The notes beneath the pieces are model-generated. The model searched no databases. It saw only the letters and a list, made by a program, of their open reading frames with translations, and was not told the DNA's origin. Made by a program: the position numbers and the translations under genes. A DNA stretch of 64,000 nucleotides from positions 1 to 64,000 of IMG/VR virus record IMGVR_UViG_3300027714_000009, one strand, 5' to 3'. Shown piece by piece: positions 16,313 through 25,829 of this stretch. Numbering within the stretch: the first letter of the stretch is position 1; each line of letters begins with the position of its first letter. This DNA is from a virus.

Positions 16313-18616
16313 TTAAATTACACAACTATCGCAATCGTCATCATCGATGATGCCTTGCGGTAAGTCTTCTAAATTTTCACTTGTTACGTCTATCTCGCCT
16401 TGGCCATCATATGTATTAAAATAGTATAATTGCTTTCCGCCATACTTATAAAACATAACTAGATGCTGTAGCATTGTAGACATTGGTATTTTTTCATCTT
16501 CATAAAATTCTGGGTTATAGCTTGTATTAACGCTGATACCTTGATCAATATACTTTTGTAATACAGCCATAATCTTTAAATAACCTTCTGGGCTACGTTG
16601 CGTCCACAGTAGGTCATATTTGTTCTTTAAGCGTGGATAACCTGGAACTACTTGTTTGAGTACTCCGTGTTTACTTTGCTTTACACTAACGAATGCACGT
16701 GGTGGCTCTATTCCGTTTGTGCTGTTACTAATTTGTGCTGAAGTTTCAGCTGGCATAAGCGCCATTAAAGTAGAATTACGTATACCTGTTTCTTTTAGTT
16801 GCTTGCGTAGTCCTTTCCAATCTTGACGTTCTTTATGAGGCACTAATTCATCTACCTCTTTTTTGTATGTCATGTTAGGTGTAATACCTAGTCCATACTT
16901 AGTTTCCATAACGCCGGTAATATTACCTTTTTCAATAGCTAAGTCTGCACTTGCTTTAATTAAGTAATAACTCCATGCTTCTGTCCATTCATCTATCTTT
17001 GCTAATCCTGCTGAGTCAATGTCTTGATAGTTTAAGTCATTCTTAGCTAACCAGAACGCAAAGTTAATAATACCAACACCAAGTGGTCTACGTTTCATAG
17101 TACTTAGTTCGGCGGCAATAACGGGATAGTTCTGATAATCTAATAACTCATCTAATGCTCTAACTGCTAAGTTACATACACGTTCAAAGTCTTTAGGTGA
17201 CTTAATGTTACCCCAATTAATAGCACTTAATGTACAAAGGCTAATTTCGCCTTCTTCGTCATGGAAATGCTTTAAAGGCTTAGTTGGTAAGTTAATTTCA
17301 CAACATAAGTTACTTTGTTTAATAGGTGCAACCTGCTCATCAAATGCTCCATGTGTATTTGCATGATCAACATTTTGTAAGTAAATGCGTCCTGTGTTTT
17401 TACGTTCTTCCATAAACGTACCAAAAACGTCCGAAGCTCTTAGAGTCTTCTTCCTAGTAACTGTACGCTCTGCTTCTTCGTATAATTCTTTAAATTTTTC
17501 TTGATCGTTAAAAAAGGCTTCGTATAGGCCAGGAACGTCACTAGGTGAGAATAAAGTAATATCTCCGCCAGTCATTAAACGTTCGTACATTAACTTGTTA
17601 AACTGTACACCGTAATCCATATGACGAACACGATTGTCTTCTGTACCTTTATTGTTTTTTAACACAAGTAATTCTTCTGCTTCTAAGTGCCAAATTGGAT
17701 AATACAATGTAGCCGCCCCACCACGTACACCACCTTGGCTACATGACTTTACTGCACTTTGAAATAATTTGTAGAACGGAATAACGCCTGTATGTGTAGC
17801 ATCTCCACGTCTAATAGGTGAACCAATAGAACGAATACTTCCTGCGCCAATACCAATGCCTGCTTTTTGACTTACGTACTTGACAATGCTACTAACAGTA
17901 GAATTAATACTATCGAGGCTATCGTCAGTTTCGATAAGGACACAACTTGAAAACTGCCTTTGTGGAGTGCGTAACCCAGCCATGATAGGAGTAGGTAAAC
18001 TGATATCAAAGTTGCTAATAGCATCATAAAAATCCTTTACATATTTCATACGTGTTTCTTTTGGATATGTACTAAACAACGTTGCTGATATCATCATATA
18101 TGCAACTTGCGGTGTTTCGTAAATCATTCCAGTAGCACGATTTTGTGCTAGGTACTTTCCTCTAAACTGTTCCATTCCAACATAAGCAATATTTTCATCT
18201 CGATCATGTTTAATAAATGTGTTTAGTTGTTCAACTTCTTCGTCATTATAAAAAGTAAAAAATGCTTCGTCGTATATGCCTAGATCAACATTCTTACGAG
18301 CTATATCACGCAAGTGGTCTGGTTCAAATGAGTTGTATACTATTTTTCGCAAATGATAATTAATTAAACGTCCTGCTACCCATTGATAATTAGGTGTCTC
18401 TTCTGAGATAAGATCTGCAGCAGACTTAATTAATGTTTCTTGTACGTCTTTTGTTTCAATACCATTATAAAAAGATATGTGGCTCTTAATTTCGACTTCA
18501 CTAGCACTAACTCCTGTAACACCTTCACATGCATAAAAAACTACTTTATGCATTTTTTCTAAATCTAATTCTTCCTTTGAACCGTCTCTTTTTGCTATAA
18601 TAATATTTTTACTCAT
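16313..18616 (-). CDS. nrdA: ribonucleotide reductase class Ia alpha subunit with ATP cone
   Basis: KRDG cone, SSCVL, SNLCCEI, LYY, C-terminal CDSC. Confidence 0.98.
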   Translation of the reverse strand: MSKNIIIAKRDGSKEELDLEKMHKVVFYACEGVTGVSASEVEIKSHISFYNGIETKDVQETLIKSAADLISEETPNYQWVAGRLINYHLRKIVYNSFEPDHLRDIARKNVDLGIYDEAFFTFYNDEEVEQLNTFIKHDRDENIAYVGMEQFRGKYLAQNRATGMIYETPQVAYMMISATLFSTYPKETRMKYVKDFYDAISNFDISLPTPIMAGLRTPQRQFSSCVLIETDDSLDSINSTVSSIVKYVSQKAGIGIGAGSIRSIGSPIRRGDATHTGVIPFYKLFQSAVKSCSQGGVRGGAATLYYPIWHLEAEELLVLKNNKGTEDNRVRHMDYGVQFNKLMYERLMTGGDITLFSPSDVPGLYEAFFNDQEKFKELYEEAERTVTRKKTLRASDVFGTFMEERKNTGRIYLQNVDHANTHGAFDEQVAPIKQSNLCCEINLPTKPLKHFHDEEGEISLCTLSAINWGNIKSPKDFERVCNLAVRALDELLDYQNYPVIAAELSTMKRRPLGVGIINFAFWLAKNDLNYQDIDSAGLAKIDEWTEAWSYYLIKASADLAIEKGNITGVMETKYGLGITPNMTYKKEVDELVPHKERQDWKGLRKQLKETGIRNSTLMALMPAETSAQISNSTNGIEPPRAFVSVKQSKHGVLKQVVPGYPRLKNKYDLLWTQRSPEGYLKIMAVLQKYIDQGISVNTSYNPEFYEDEKIPMSTMLQHLVMFYKYGGKQLYYFNTYDGQGEIDVTSENLEDLPQGIIDDDDCDSCVI

Positions 18617-18688
18617 TTATCTCGTCCATATGTTGTTTTTGTTCTGTATCAAACAGTATTGTATTTAACTTGTGTTTATATCTAATAA

Positions 18689-19123
18689 CTATTTGGTTAA
18701 CTGTGTAACGTCAATATCTTCTAAAATATTTACATTGCCAATTGAATCTAACGTATCTATTGTGTTATAATTATAGTTGATTACATACTTATTGTCAACT
18801 AAAACTATTAACTTTATTTCACTATTATCCACATCTTGTACAAGCAACAATCTAGTAGGTGTGTTGCTGTACTGTAGAGTATATGCCATCATTAACGAAA
18901 TACTATTGTCGTCATATACATTCTCTTCTAATAGTTCCCAAGGACTAAGCCATGTGCTATTATCGTATGGGTCCATTGCTCTTGCACTTACCGGTGTTGA
19001 TTTCCAAAAATCTAAAACCTTTGTAACCTTCTCGCTAGTGCTTGGTAGTTCTTTAACTTCTGATCTCAAAAGACGCCATCGCTTGAGTCGTTCTTTCAAA
19101 GATAGTTGCCATGTGTCTTTCAT
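18689..19123 (-). CDS. hypothetical protein
   Basis: 144-aa ORF; TAAATA upstream (19145-19150). Confidence 0.7.
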   Translation of the reverse strand: MKDTWQLSLKERLKRWRLLRSEVKELPSTSEKVTKVLDFWKSTPVSARAMDPYDNSTWLSPWELLEENVYDDNSISLMMAYTLQYSNTPTRLLLVQDVDNSEIKLIVLVDNKYVINYNYNTIDTLDSIGNVNILEDIDVTQLTK

Positions 19124-19147
19124 TTGTTGTACTTTACTTGTATATAT

Positions 19148-19837
19148 TTATGATACGTTGTAGAACTGAGCTACTCGTTTCGACCATTTAATTTCCCAAT
19201 CTTTAAACTCTGCGGCGTCTGATTCAAACAGTTGAAACTCTAAATCTCCACTACACATAAAGATTGCAATGTTCTCAATCTTTGTTTCAAACATTTCGTT
19301 ATGTGCTAATGCATATGCAGCTCCTTGCATGAAATAATCATCGATCCATTCACGTTTTTTAGGTTTATTAGTTTGTTTAAAGTCCATGATAGTTTGCTTA
19401 CCTTTATACATACCAACTAAGTCAGTAGTACCAGCATATAGCTGTGGCAAACAAAGCATAACTTCAGTACCCCATATTTCTTGGATATCTGGTTCAATAT
19501 TTTCAATAACAACATCTGCCATTTTCTTAGCTTGTCTATGAACAATGTTATTTCCTGGATTGTATGTGTCATACTGTCCAAGTGCCCAATGTTCTAGGAT
19601 GTTGTGCATAACCGTTCCACGATTAGCGGCGGTTGTAGTTACACGTTGAGCTTCTTCTGTTCCTACACGTTTACGCCAGTTTGCAAGAGCTTTACGCTTC
19701 TCTGCTGGTTGTGTAGCACTAAGGATGGTAGTAACACTCGGAACTGGATCACCCCATGGGTTTTCATACAGTCTTTGGCCATCTACGCTCTTACGAGTTA
19801 ATTCTTTATACGGATAGGGATTAGTTAATTTAAGCAT
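19148..19837 (-). CDS. PD-(D/E)XK exonuclease
   Basis: PSVTTIL, RGT..H, AGTTD, MDFKQ, Q..AY. Confidence 0.88.
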   Translation of the reverse strand: MLKLTNPYPYKELTRKSVDGQRLYENPWGDPVPSVTTILSATQPAEKRKALANWRKRVGTEEAQRVTTTAANRGTVMHNILEHWALGQYDTYNPGNNIVHRQAKKMADVVIENIEPDIQEIWGTEVMLCLPQLYAGTTDLVGMYKGKQTIMDFKQTNKPKKREWIDDYFMQGAAYALAHNEMFETKIENIAIFMCSGDLEFQLFESDAAEFKDWEIKWSKRVAQFYNVS

Positions 19838-19843
19838 GTATAT

Positions 19844-19872
19844 ATAATACTATACTTCTGAGAGGATGTCAA
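19844..19872 (-). promoter_or_regulatory. sigma70-type promoter, predicted leaderless
   Basis: TTGACA-N17-TATTAT-N6-ATG(19837). Confidence 0.7.
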
Positions 19873-20653
19873 TGGTTTCTTTAGTTAATATATAATTTTT
19901 TAATGCCCACATGTTACCTTGTCTACTCCAGTGATCATCTGTTGGAGATACTATTAATCCTGCTTTAAAACATTCTAGTTGTTCTTCTTTAAAAGGTTTT
20001 AAACCACCTTTGTTAATTCCATGTGCGGCATACATTGCTTTTGTCGCACTGGGCAAATTACCGGACATATGCAATAATTCAAGTTTTATTATATGCTTAA
20101 AGTTGTACAAATTATGCATATTATCGTACCATTGATCATTATAACTTTGCTTATGCTCTGAACTGCTCTCATCTTGCAATCCAAATAGAAACCCGGCTTC
20201 CATAGGATGTACTTTTTTAGGATTAGACATAATATTAACTCTTTCGTGTAATCCAGCACTATACCATATTTCTTTATTTGGGTTCCAACATGTGTAGTTA
20301 TCAGATATTTCAAAACCTTCATATCTTCTATTGTTATATTCGGCTCCTGTATTAGCAAAGTACATATGTTTATCTTGACCAATTTTATCAATTTCAAACC
20401 TAAACGTTTGATTGCCCCATAGCTTACCTACTCTATGATTAAATGTTCTATTAGTAAAAATAAGGTCTACATCATGTTGTATTTTTGCATCAAGTAAACA
20501 CCATTGATAATAGTCATATCCTCTGCCGCCGCAAGCATAATTATGATATTCGTGTTGTGGGAATTGTTGGGAAAGTTGATATGTCCAGCTATTTTTATAC
20601 TGTCCATCTTGATGATAAGCTGAGAAGCTATCACCTATAAAGGCTATTTTCAA
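19850..20653 (-). CDS. SGNH/GDSL hydrolase-like protein
   Basis: FIGDSF, NYACGGRG, DDHW; TTG start with GGAG SD. Confidence 0.65.
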   Translation of the reverse strand: MKIAFIGDSFSAYHQDGQYKNSWTYQLSQQFPQHEYHNYACGGRGYDYYQWCLLDAKIQHDVDLIFTNRTFNHRVGKLWGNQTFRFEIDKIGQDKHMYFANTGAEYNNRRYEGFEISDNYTCWNPNKEIWYSAGLHERVNIMSNPKKVHPMEAGFLFGLQDESSSEHKQSYNDQWYDNMHNLYNFKHIIKLELLHMSGNLPSATKAMYAAHGINKGGLKPFKEEQLECFKAGLIVSPTDDHWSRQGNMWALKNYILTKETIDILSEV

Positions 20654-20663
20654 TAGTAACTCC

Positions 20664-21278
20664 TTACCAGTAAATGTACCATTTCAATGTATTACTAGTA
20701 GTAGAATTAGTAAGTCTCTCTAACTTATAACCTAAGTTTTGAAAATGCTTAATTACTGATTCCATTTGGTTTTGCAATCCTCTGTCAATTGCAGTACCTT
20801 GCCATACATTAAAATAGCTAACACTAGTTGGATGTGTTATACTGTACGTGCCAGCAGTAATACCTAGTGAAGTATTTGCTGTGCCTGCACCAATTATATA
20901 ATTCCATGCGTTTGCTGATGCTTCTATAGTTAATACCAAATATCCTGCATCTTTACTAGCTGTAATTCCAGCTACTCCTGCATCATTAATATCACTAACT
21001 ACTGCATTAAGTGAGGTTCCTGTAGTACCTAGTGTGATTGTCTGTGCATTTATAATAACAGTGTCTCCATTAGAGACAGTTGGTGTGTTTATTGTTCCAA
21101 TTTTATTTGCACTTGGAGTTGACAGTGTCATTGTTGTAGTATCATCTACATACGCTTCGAAATTGCCTGAAGAACTTTCAGTGATTACTTGCTTCATGAT
21201 AGCCTGTGTTTCATTAAACACAATCATATCTTGTGATGCTTTTGCCCTTGCCTGTGCTGCGTTCAATCCTACACTCAT
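20664..21278 (-). CDS. putative structural protein
   Basis: Thr/Gly-rich beta-type sequence in a late gene cluster. Confidence 0.5.
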   Translation of the reverse strand: MSVGLNAAQARAKASQDMIVFNETQAIMKQVITESSSGNFEAYVDDTTTMTLSTPSANKIGTINTPTVSNGDTVIINAQTITLGTTGTSLNAVVSDINDAGVAGITASKDAGYLVLTIEASANAWNYIIGAGTANTSLGITAGTYSITHPTSVSYFNVWQGTAIDRGLQNQMESVIKHFQNLGYKLERLTNSTTSNTLKWYIYW

Positions 21279-21601
21279 TTGTTTAACTCTTTATCTACTT
21301 GCTTCTTAGCCATCGCCTTAACTTGTTTATTACCTTTTTCTGGATCCACCTTGTTAAGGTTAGACGCACCCATACTCGCTGTGTTAAAATAAACTACGCC
21401 ATCTTTAATGTTGTTAACGATAGGCAAATTCTGTAATTCATCGAACAAACTCTGATCGTCTGCATCAATGCCCATAGATACAAGTTCTTTAACTAATGCA
21501 TCTATAGGTATACTTTCAACACCTTCGCTGCTTAATATCGATAAGAGATCTATTACTTTAGAGTCTACCGAAGAGATTTCCATTAGGTCAGCGTATCTCA
21601 T
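21275..21601 (-). CDS. hypothetical protein (possible internal head protein)
   Basis: 108-aa ORF in operon. Confidence 0.65.
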   Translation of the reverse strand: MRYADLMEISSVDSKVIDLLSILSSEGVESIPIDALVKELVSMGIDADDQSLFDELQNLPIVNNIKDGVVYFNTASMGASNLNKVDPEKGNKQVKAMAKKQVDKELNK

Positions 21602-21602
21602 A

Positions 21603-22385
21603 CTACTTCTTTAAAACCGCAAATGCTTGCTTTAAAATTTCTTTATTAACTTTGCCGTCTGCCTGTGCTTCTTTTACCATACGTAATGCAGTTAGATATG
21701 AATCTTCTTTCATTTCTCTTCCATCTACGTCTGATTCTGCACTTGCCGCGTCTGCGCCTTCAAAGTCATCCATTGGTGCTTCTGCGTCAACATCCATCGG
21801 TGCGTCTAGTCCCATTTCTGGTTCCATTGTAGCATCCATGTCTGCGTCCATTCCATCATCCATACCCATGTCTGTTTCTGGTGCTTGGCCTTGAGCTACT
21901 AATACAGCGTCTGCAACCTGTGCGTTTGCTGCCTTAACTGCTTCCAAAGCTGAACCAATTGCTGCTTCTGCTGATGCTGTAAATGCATCTGCTTCTGCTA
22001 CGCCAACTTCTTCTTTCATTGCATTGGTAATGCTCATTAACTCTTCTACTTGCATACTAGCTAAATTTTCAGCCATTTTCTGTAGATCGTCTGCCATTTG
22101 TTTTGCGGCTAGTAGGACTTCAGCTGAAGCTAGTTCGTCTTCTTTTAAAATGTTTGTTTTCATAGCTGTGTTTATACCTTCTAGTACTAGCAATAACTTC
22201 TGATATCGCTTGTCACTTACTTCAATGCCACTTTCACGTAGCTTTGTAATTTTAGTTTCAGTTGCTACTTTAACCTTTGCTAATTTGGCATTTCCTGCCG
22301 CAAAGTCAAATTTCATACCGAATACTTCGTTTAGAACTTTATCTAACTTGGTTAGTCTAGTTCCTTCTAAATGTTTTAATTCCAT
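21603..22385 (-). CDS. acidic helical scaffold/prohead-core-like protein
   Basis: D/E/M/A-rich, several LxE sites, TAAATA upstream (22420-22425). Confidence 0.5.
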   Translation of the reverse strand: MELKHLEGTRLTKLDKVLNEVFGMKFDFAAGNAKLAKVKVATETKITKLRESGIEVSDKRYQKLLLVLEGINTAMKTNILKEDELASAEVLLAAKQMADDLQKMAENLASMQVEELMSITNAMKEEVGVAEADAFTASAEAAIGSALEAVKAANAQVADAVLVAQGQAPETDMGMDDGMDADMDATMEPEMGLDAPMDVDAEAPMDDFEGADAASAESDVDGREMKEDSYLTALRMVKEAQADGKVNKEILKQAFAVLKK

Positions 22386-22428
22386 ATTTTTTACCCCACT
22401 AGGTTTTTGTTATATAATGTATTTATGC

Positions 22429-23046
22429 TCAAAGGGCCGATTTGATTTGTTTTTTCAAACTACTCATCTTCGACACCGCTGCCTGTTGTTTTGTAATTGC
22501 AATATCAAGTTTATAACCTTCTTTAAGAGTCTTGGTTTTAACCCTAAACATTGCCGCTTCCGCTAAGTTACTAGCATATCTATTATCTAAGTCTAATAAC
22601 TTATCAATATTGATTGTATTACCAAATAGTAAACCTTTAACGATACCCATAGCAGTTTCAAACAATGCTACTTGACTATATAACGTTTCGTTACCTTCTT
22701 TGATATTATAAAATGTTTTCTTTATACCCGGCACTACTGTTGCCTTTTCAAGTACAACTTCATACCTGCCTACTGCTACAGTATCATTGACTTTTGAAGC
22801 ACTTAGTAAAGATACGTCATGCTTTGATTCAGTAATAACTTGTTTAGTAGCTGATGTTGTAGCCTTCTCAAACTTTTCTAGAATTGATAGCATTCCTACT
22901 GCATCTTTACTAACGCTTGCTAGTATAGTTGGCTTAGGTGCATTCTTTAAGTTTTGTGCTTTTGTTGCAGGTGAAACTTCCATAGCTTCTACTTCGTTCA
23001 GCTTGGATAGTATTGACATCATGTCTTGTACTTCTGGTGTTGGCAT
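22429..23046 (-). CDS. hypothetical protein (possible head protein)
   Basis: 205-aa ORF with LNE/ITES/LKEG sites. Confidence 0.65.
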   Translation of the reverse strand: MPTPEVQDMMSILSKLNEVEAMEVSPATKAQNLKNAPKPTILASVSKDAVGMLSILEKFEKATTSATKQVITESKHDVSLLSASKVNDTVAVGRYEVVLEKATVVPGIKKTFYNIKEGNETLYSQVALFETAMGIVKGLLFGNTINIDKLLDLDNRYASNLAEAAMFRVKTKTLKEGYKLDIAITKQQAAVSKMSSLKKQIKSAL

Positions 23047-23255
23047 TATAGACTCCCTTTCATTCGTTCATAATATACTTTATTATTCTCTACTATTTTT
23101 CTAACAATGTTCTTGTTAACTAAACTTTGAATTAAGTAATTATCACGTTCAGATAGGTCCGTTTTACATATACGTTCTAATAAGTTTTCGTACATTTCGT
23201 TTTCTCTTAGTGATAAGAATGTTGGGATTCCGCCTGGCGTTTCAATTGTTTTCAT
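23046..23255 (-). CDS. small hypothetical protein
   Basis: 69 aa, abuts both neighbours. Confidence 0.7.
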   Translation of the reverse strand: MKTIETPGGIPTFLSLRENEMYENLLERICKTDLSERDNYLIQSLVNKNIVRKIVENNKVYYERMKGSL

Positions 23256-23768
23256 TTATCTGGCGCCTGCTAGTTGTTTTAATCGTTCAATTTCTTGTGC
23301 ATTATATGCTGCCTGGTTGGCATTTTCTGCACCTTGTTGTGCATTTTGTCCACGTTGGACATCATCTGGATCATCATTTGGTGATGCTCTATTTGCACCT
23401 TGTCCAGTGGCAGTTTTACTTGCGCCTGCTACTGTACGGTTTGGGGTTCTTGAATCTCTGTTTTGATCTTGTGCTATGTTGTTAGCACGTCTATTTTCTA
23501 CGTCTCCAGATCCAGCTCTAATAGTAGCTCTACTTGGATTCGCTGTGCCTGCTCCGCCATATCCGGCTTCGTTCATTGCACTTAAATCTATAATTTCTGA
23601 GAACTCTTCTGGTTCATCATTTTTCATTGAGCTCAATAGTTTTAAAGTTTGTGAAAATGATAACGCTTTTAATTGTTCAACAATATCTTCTGATGTTAGC
23701 TCCATTCCAAACTTTACGTTTGCAAAATCTATTACAGTATCAATTGTGCTGTTGTTTATTACATCCAT
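23256..23768 (-). CDS. hypothetical protein (possible internal head protein)
   Basis: disordered N/Q/A tail ending ERLKQLAG. Confidence 0.65.
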   Translation of the reverse strand: MDVINNSTIDTVIDFANVKFGMELTSEDIVEQLKALSFSQTLKLLSSMKNDEPEEFSEIIDLSAMNEAGYGGAGTANPSRATIRAGSGDVENRRANNIAQDQNRDSRTPNRTVAGASKTATGQGANRASPNDDPDDVQRGQNAQQGAENANQAAYNAQEIERLKQLAGAR

Positions 23769-23772
23769 GTTA

Positions 23773-24060
23773 TTATCCTCTAGCCTTATTTAATCTTGCT
23801 ACAATACGACTTGCAGGACTTAATCTTTTAGTCCTCTGTGCCTTCTTGTTCATTCTAGCACCTTTAGCGTTTTTTGTTCTTTTTAATATAAACCTTTTCT
23901 TAAGATTTATAGGAGCAGCACATTGACCTGGGTTTGCTACTACTCGTCCCTTACGTGGTCCTACTGTGCATCTAAATTTTCTAGCTACACTATTTCCTCG
24001 TTTAGCAAAAACTACTTTAGCTTCTGAAACGATTGTGTTGTATGACTCGTTAAGTAACAT
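23773..24060 (-). CDS. small highly basic protein
   Basis: K/R-rich after VSEA; two Cys. Confidence 0.7.
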   Translation of the reverse strand: MLLNESYNTIVSEAKVVFAKRGNSVARKFRCTVGPRKGRVVANPGQCAAPINLKKRFILKRTKNAKGARMNKKAQRTKRLSPASRIVARLNKARG

Positions 24061-24360
24061 TTAACCACCTACTAACGGCGTGACCGTATTTAGATTTAAC
24101 AATAGCAATACTACTGTTGAAAGCAAGCCGGCGATAACTGTTGCAGCTGCTCCAATTACTAGCTTGTTGCTACCAAGTGTTGCCGCTGTCTGTTTCTCTG
24201 CTACCTTATTCATAGCAGATGCCAAAGCGTCAACTTTGGACTCTAATCTGATTAATTTTTCTTCTAACACGCGATATCTCTCCGCACATAAGTCTACATG
24301 TGCCTCTAGATTTTCACGCTCAAGTCTTGACTGTTGCATTGCCATATTTTGCTCTCGCAA
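24061..24360 (-). CDS. coiled-coil protein with C-terminal TM helix (holin-like architecture)
   Basis: LEAHVDLCAERY coil then a hydrophobic helix. Confidence 0.55.
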   Translation of the reverse strand: MREQNMAMQQSRLERENLEAHVDLCAERYRVLEEKLIRLESKVDALASAMNKVAEKQTAATLGSNKLVIGAAATVIAGLLSTVVLLLLNLNTVTPLVGG

Positions 24361-24425
24361 TCTTTAGCAGCGTCTTTAAAAGAGCTGATTTAAAAAAGCA
24401 ACAATCGTGTTACTTACATTACTAT

Positions 24426-24881
24426 TTATACGTTTTCGCTGAACTTAAAGTACGTATTTTTATTATTTGTCTTTGTGTCTATTTGCTCTGGATTAATGTT
24501 CGCTGTTTCTTCTAATATTGTGTGTATTGGTGTTTTGTTAAAGTCTTCTGTTAGTTCGTATGTAGGGTTTGTATCTCTTCTCCATGCATCTGCTGTATCA
24601 CTTGCAAACTTAAACACCCAAACATCATGGATTCCAGTAAAGTTTGATCCAAACTCGTAATCCGATAAGTCTACTGCGTCTAGCTTACTTACACTACTTA
24701 GTACAGGTTGCGAACGCAAACTTATGCATTGTATAAAAGTATTTAAGTTCTGTGCTTCAAAGTACCCATTAGCATCATCTTTAGGTGTGAGTACTCCAGT
24801 ATCCGTAATATCAACTAACGTGCATATTGTATAAAAATCAGTGGATCCAGTTAAAACCTCGTTAGGTCTACTTGTGCCCAT
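24426..24881 (-). CDS. hypothetical protein
   Basis: 151-aa ORF in operon. Confidence 0.7.
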   Translation of the reverse strand: MGTSRPNEVLTGSTDFYTICTLVDITDTGVLTPKDDANGYFEAQNLNTFIQCISLRSQPVLSSVSKLDAVDLSDYEFGSNFTGIHDVWVFKFASDTADAWRRDTNPTYELTEDFNKTPIHTILEETANINPEQIDTKTNNKNTYFKFSENV

Positions 24882-24884
24882 ATC

Positions 24885-25613
24885 TTACATACCAGTCATT
24901 TTGCCAGCAGTGTAACCTGCCGCAAATGCTGCTGCACCACGTGCTACTCTAGCGCCTATTGACTTCTTATCGTCTCTGCCAATTAACAAGTTCTTGTCAT
25001 TTGCATATTTTCCAAACATTGGAAACAAATCACTGCGTCTAGCATTAAGTCTAAAATGCTTGTTTAATTGTGTGGCTGCTAACTGTTGTTGATTTGTAGT
25101 TAAGTTGTCCCAACTACCTACTAAGCGTCTTGCCGCTTTTAATTTTGGATCTTGGATAGCTAAGTCTTTTTCTAGTTTATAGAAAAATGCTTGTACGGAA
25201 CCTGGGTTTAACTTACCATATTCCATTTGCTTTAAAAAGGCTCTAATTCTACGATCATCAACTCTTACTTTGTTTAAAAGTAATTTGTCTTTAGGATCAT
25301 CATTTAGTCCTTCTGGTTTTTTCAATGAAAAAATTGTTTGATACAAATCTGTTCCACTTGGACTAGCTCTATTAAATCCACCAAATGCAGTAGTACGCTT
25401 AACATACTTTGTTGCTTCTGGTGCAAACTTATAATCGTTTGACATAGCGTAAAGGCTTAACATACTAACAAATAAATGGTCAGTAATACTTCTAGCACCT
25501 TGGCGCTGAATTTGTGTTCTTGTTTTAAACATACGTGCTTCACCCAATGATTGAATAAACTTCAACTCTTTTAGTGGGTTTGTTTCTCCGTACTGTTCTT
25601 CTATTTCATTCAT
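24885..25613 (-). CDS. hypothetical protein (possible virion protein)
   Basis: 242-aa ORF with AAGGA SD. Confidence 0.7.
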   Translation of the reverse strand: MNEIEEQYGETNPLKELKFIQSLGEARMFKTRTQIQRQGARSITDHLFVSMLSLYAMSNDYKFAPEATKYVKRTTAFGGFNRASPSGTDLYQTIFSLKKPEGLNDDPKDKLLLNKVRVDDRRIRAFLKQMEYGKLNPGSVQAFFYKLEKDLAIQDPKLKAARRLVGSWDNLTTNQQQLAATQLNKHFRLNARRSDLFPMFGKYANDKNLLIGRDDKKSIGARVARGAAAFAAGYTAGKMTGM

Positions 25614-25623
25614 AATATTTTCC

Positions 25624-25824
25624 TTAATCGCTAAATGTGTCCATTAGCATGGGTCCAAACGTTCCGCCTGCCCAGGCTAGTGCTACGAGTGTAATAACTC
25701 CGTATACTAACCACTTAATCTTAAAATCGTCTACTGTCATTTTTAAACCTATTAGTTCATTACCAAGTACCCTTAATGATACTTCTAATTTCCCTACTTC
25801 ATCTTTTGGTTTTAATGCCGACAT
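25624..25824 (-). CDS. small membrane protein
   Basis: single hydrophobic helix WLVYGVITLVALAWAG. Confidence 0.65.
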   Translation of the reverse strand: MSALKPKDEVGKLEVSLRVLGNELIGLKMTVDDFKIKWLVYGVITLVALAWAGGTFGPMLMDTFSD

Positions 25825-25829
25825 TTTAA

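Noticed and set aside
15167-18616. Introns or inteins in nrdA/nrdB (also terminase, helicase, UvsX)
   Set aside because: All are uninterrupted and of normal length
19148-19837. Cas4-like nuclease or CRISPR system
   Set aside because: Lacks the four-Cys Fe-S motif, and no repeat-spacer array was seen in the window
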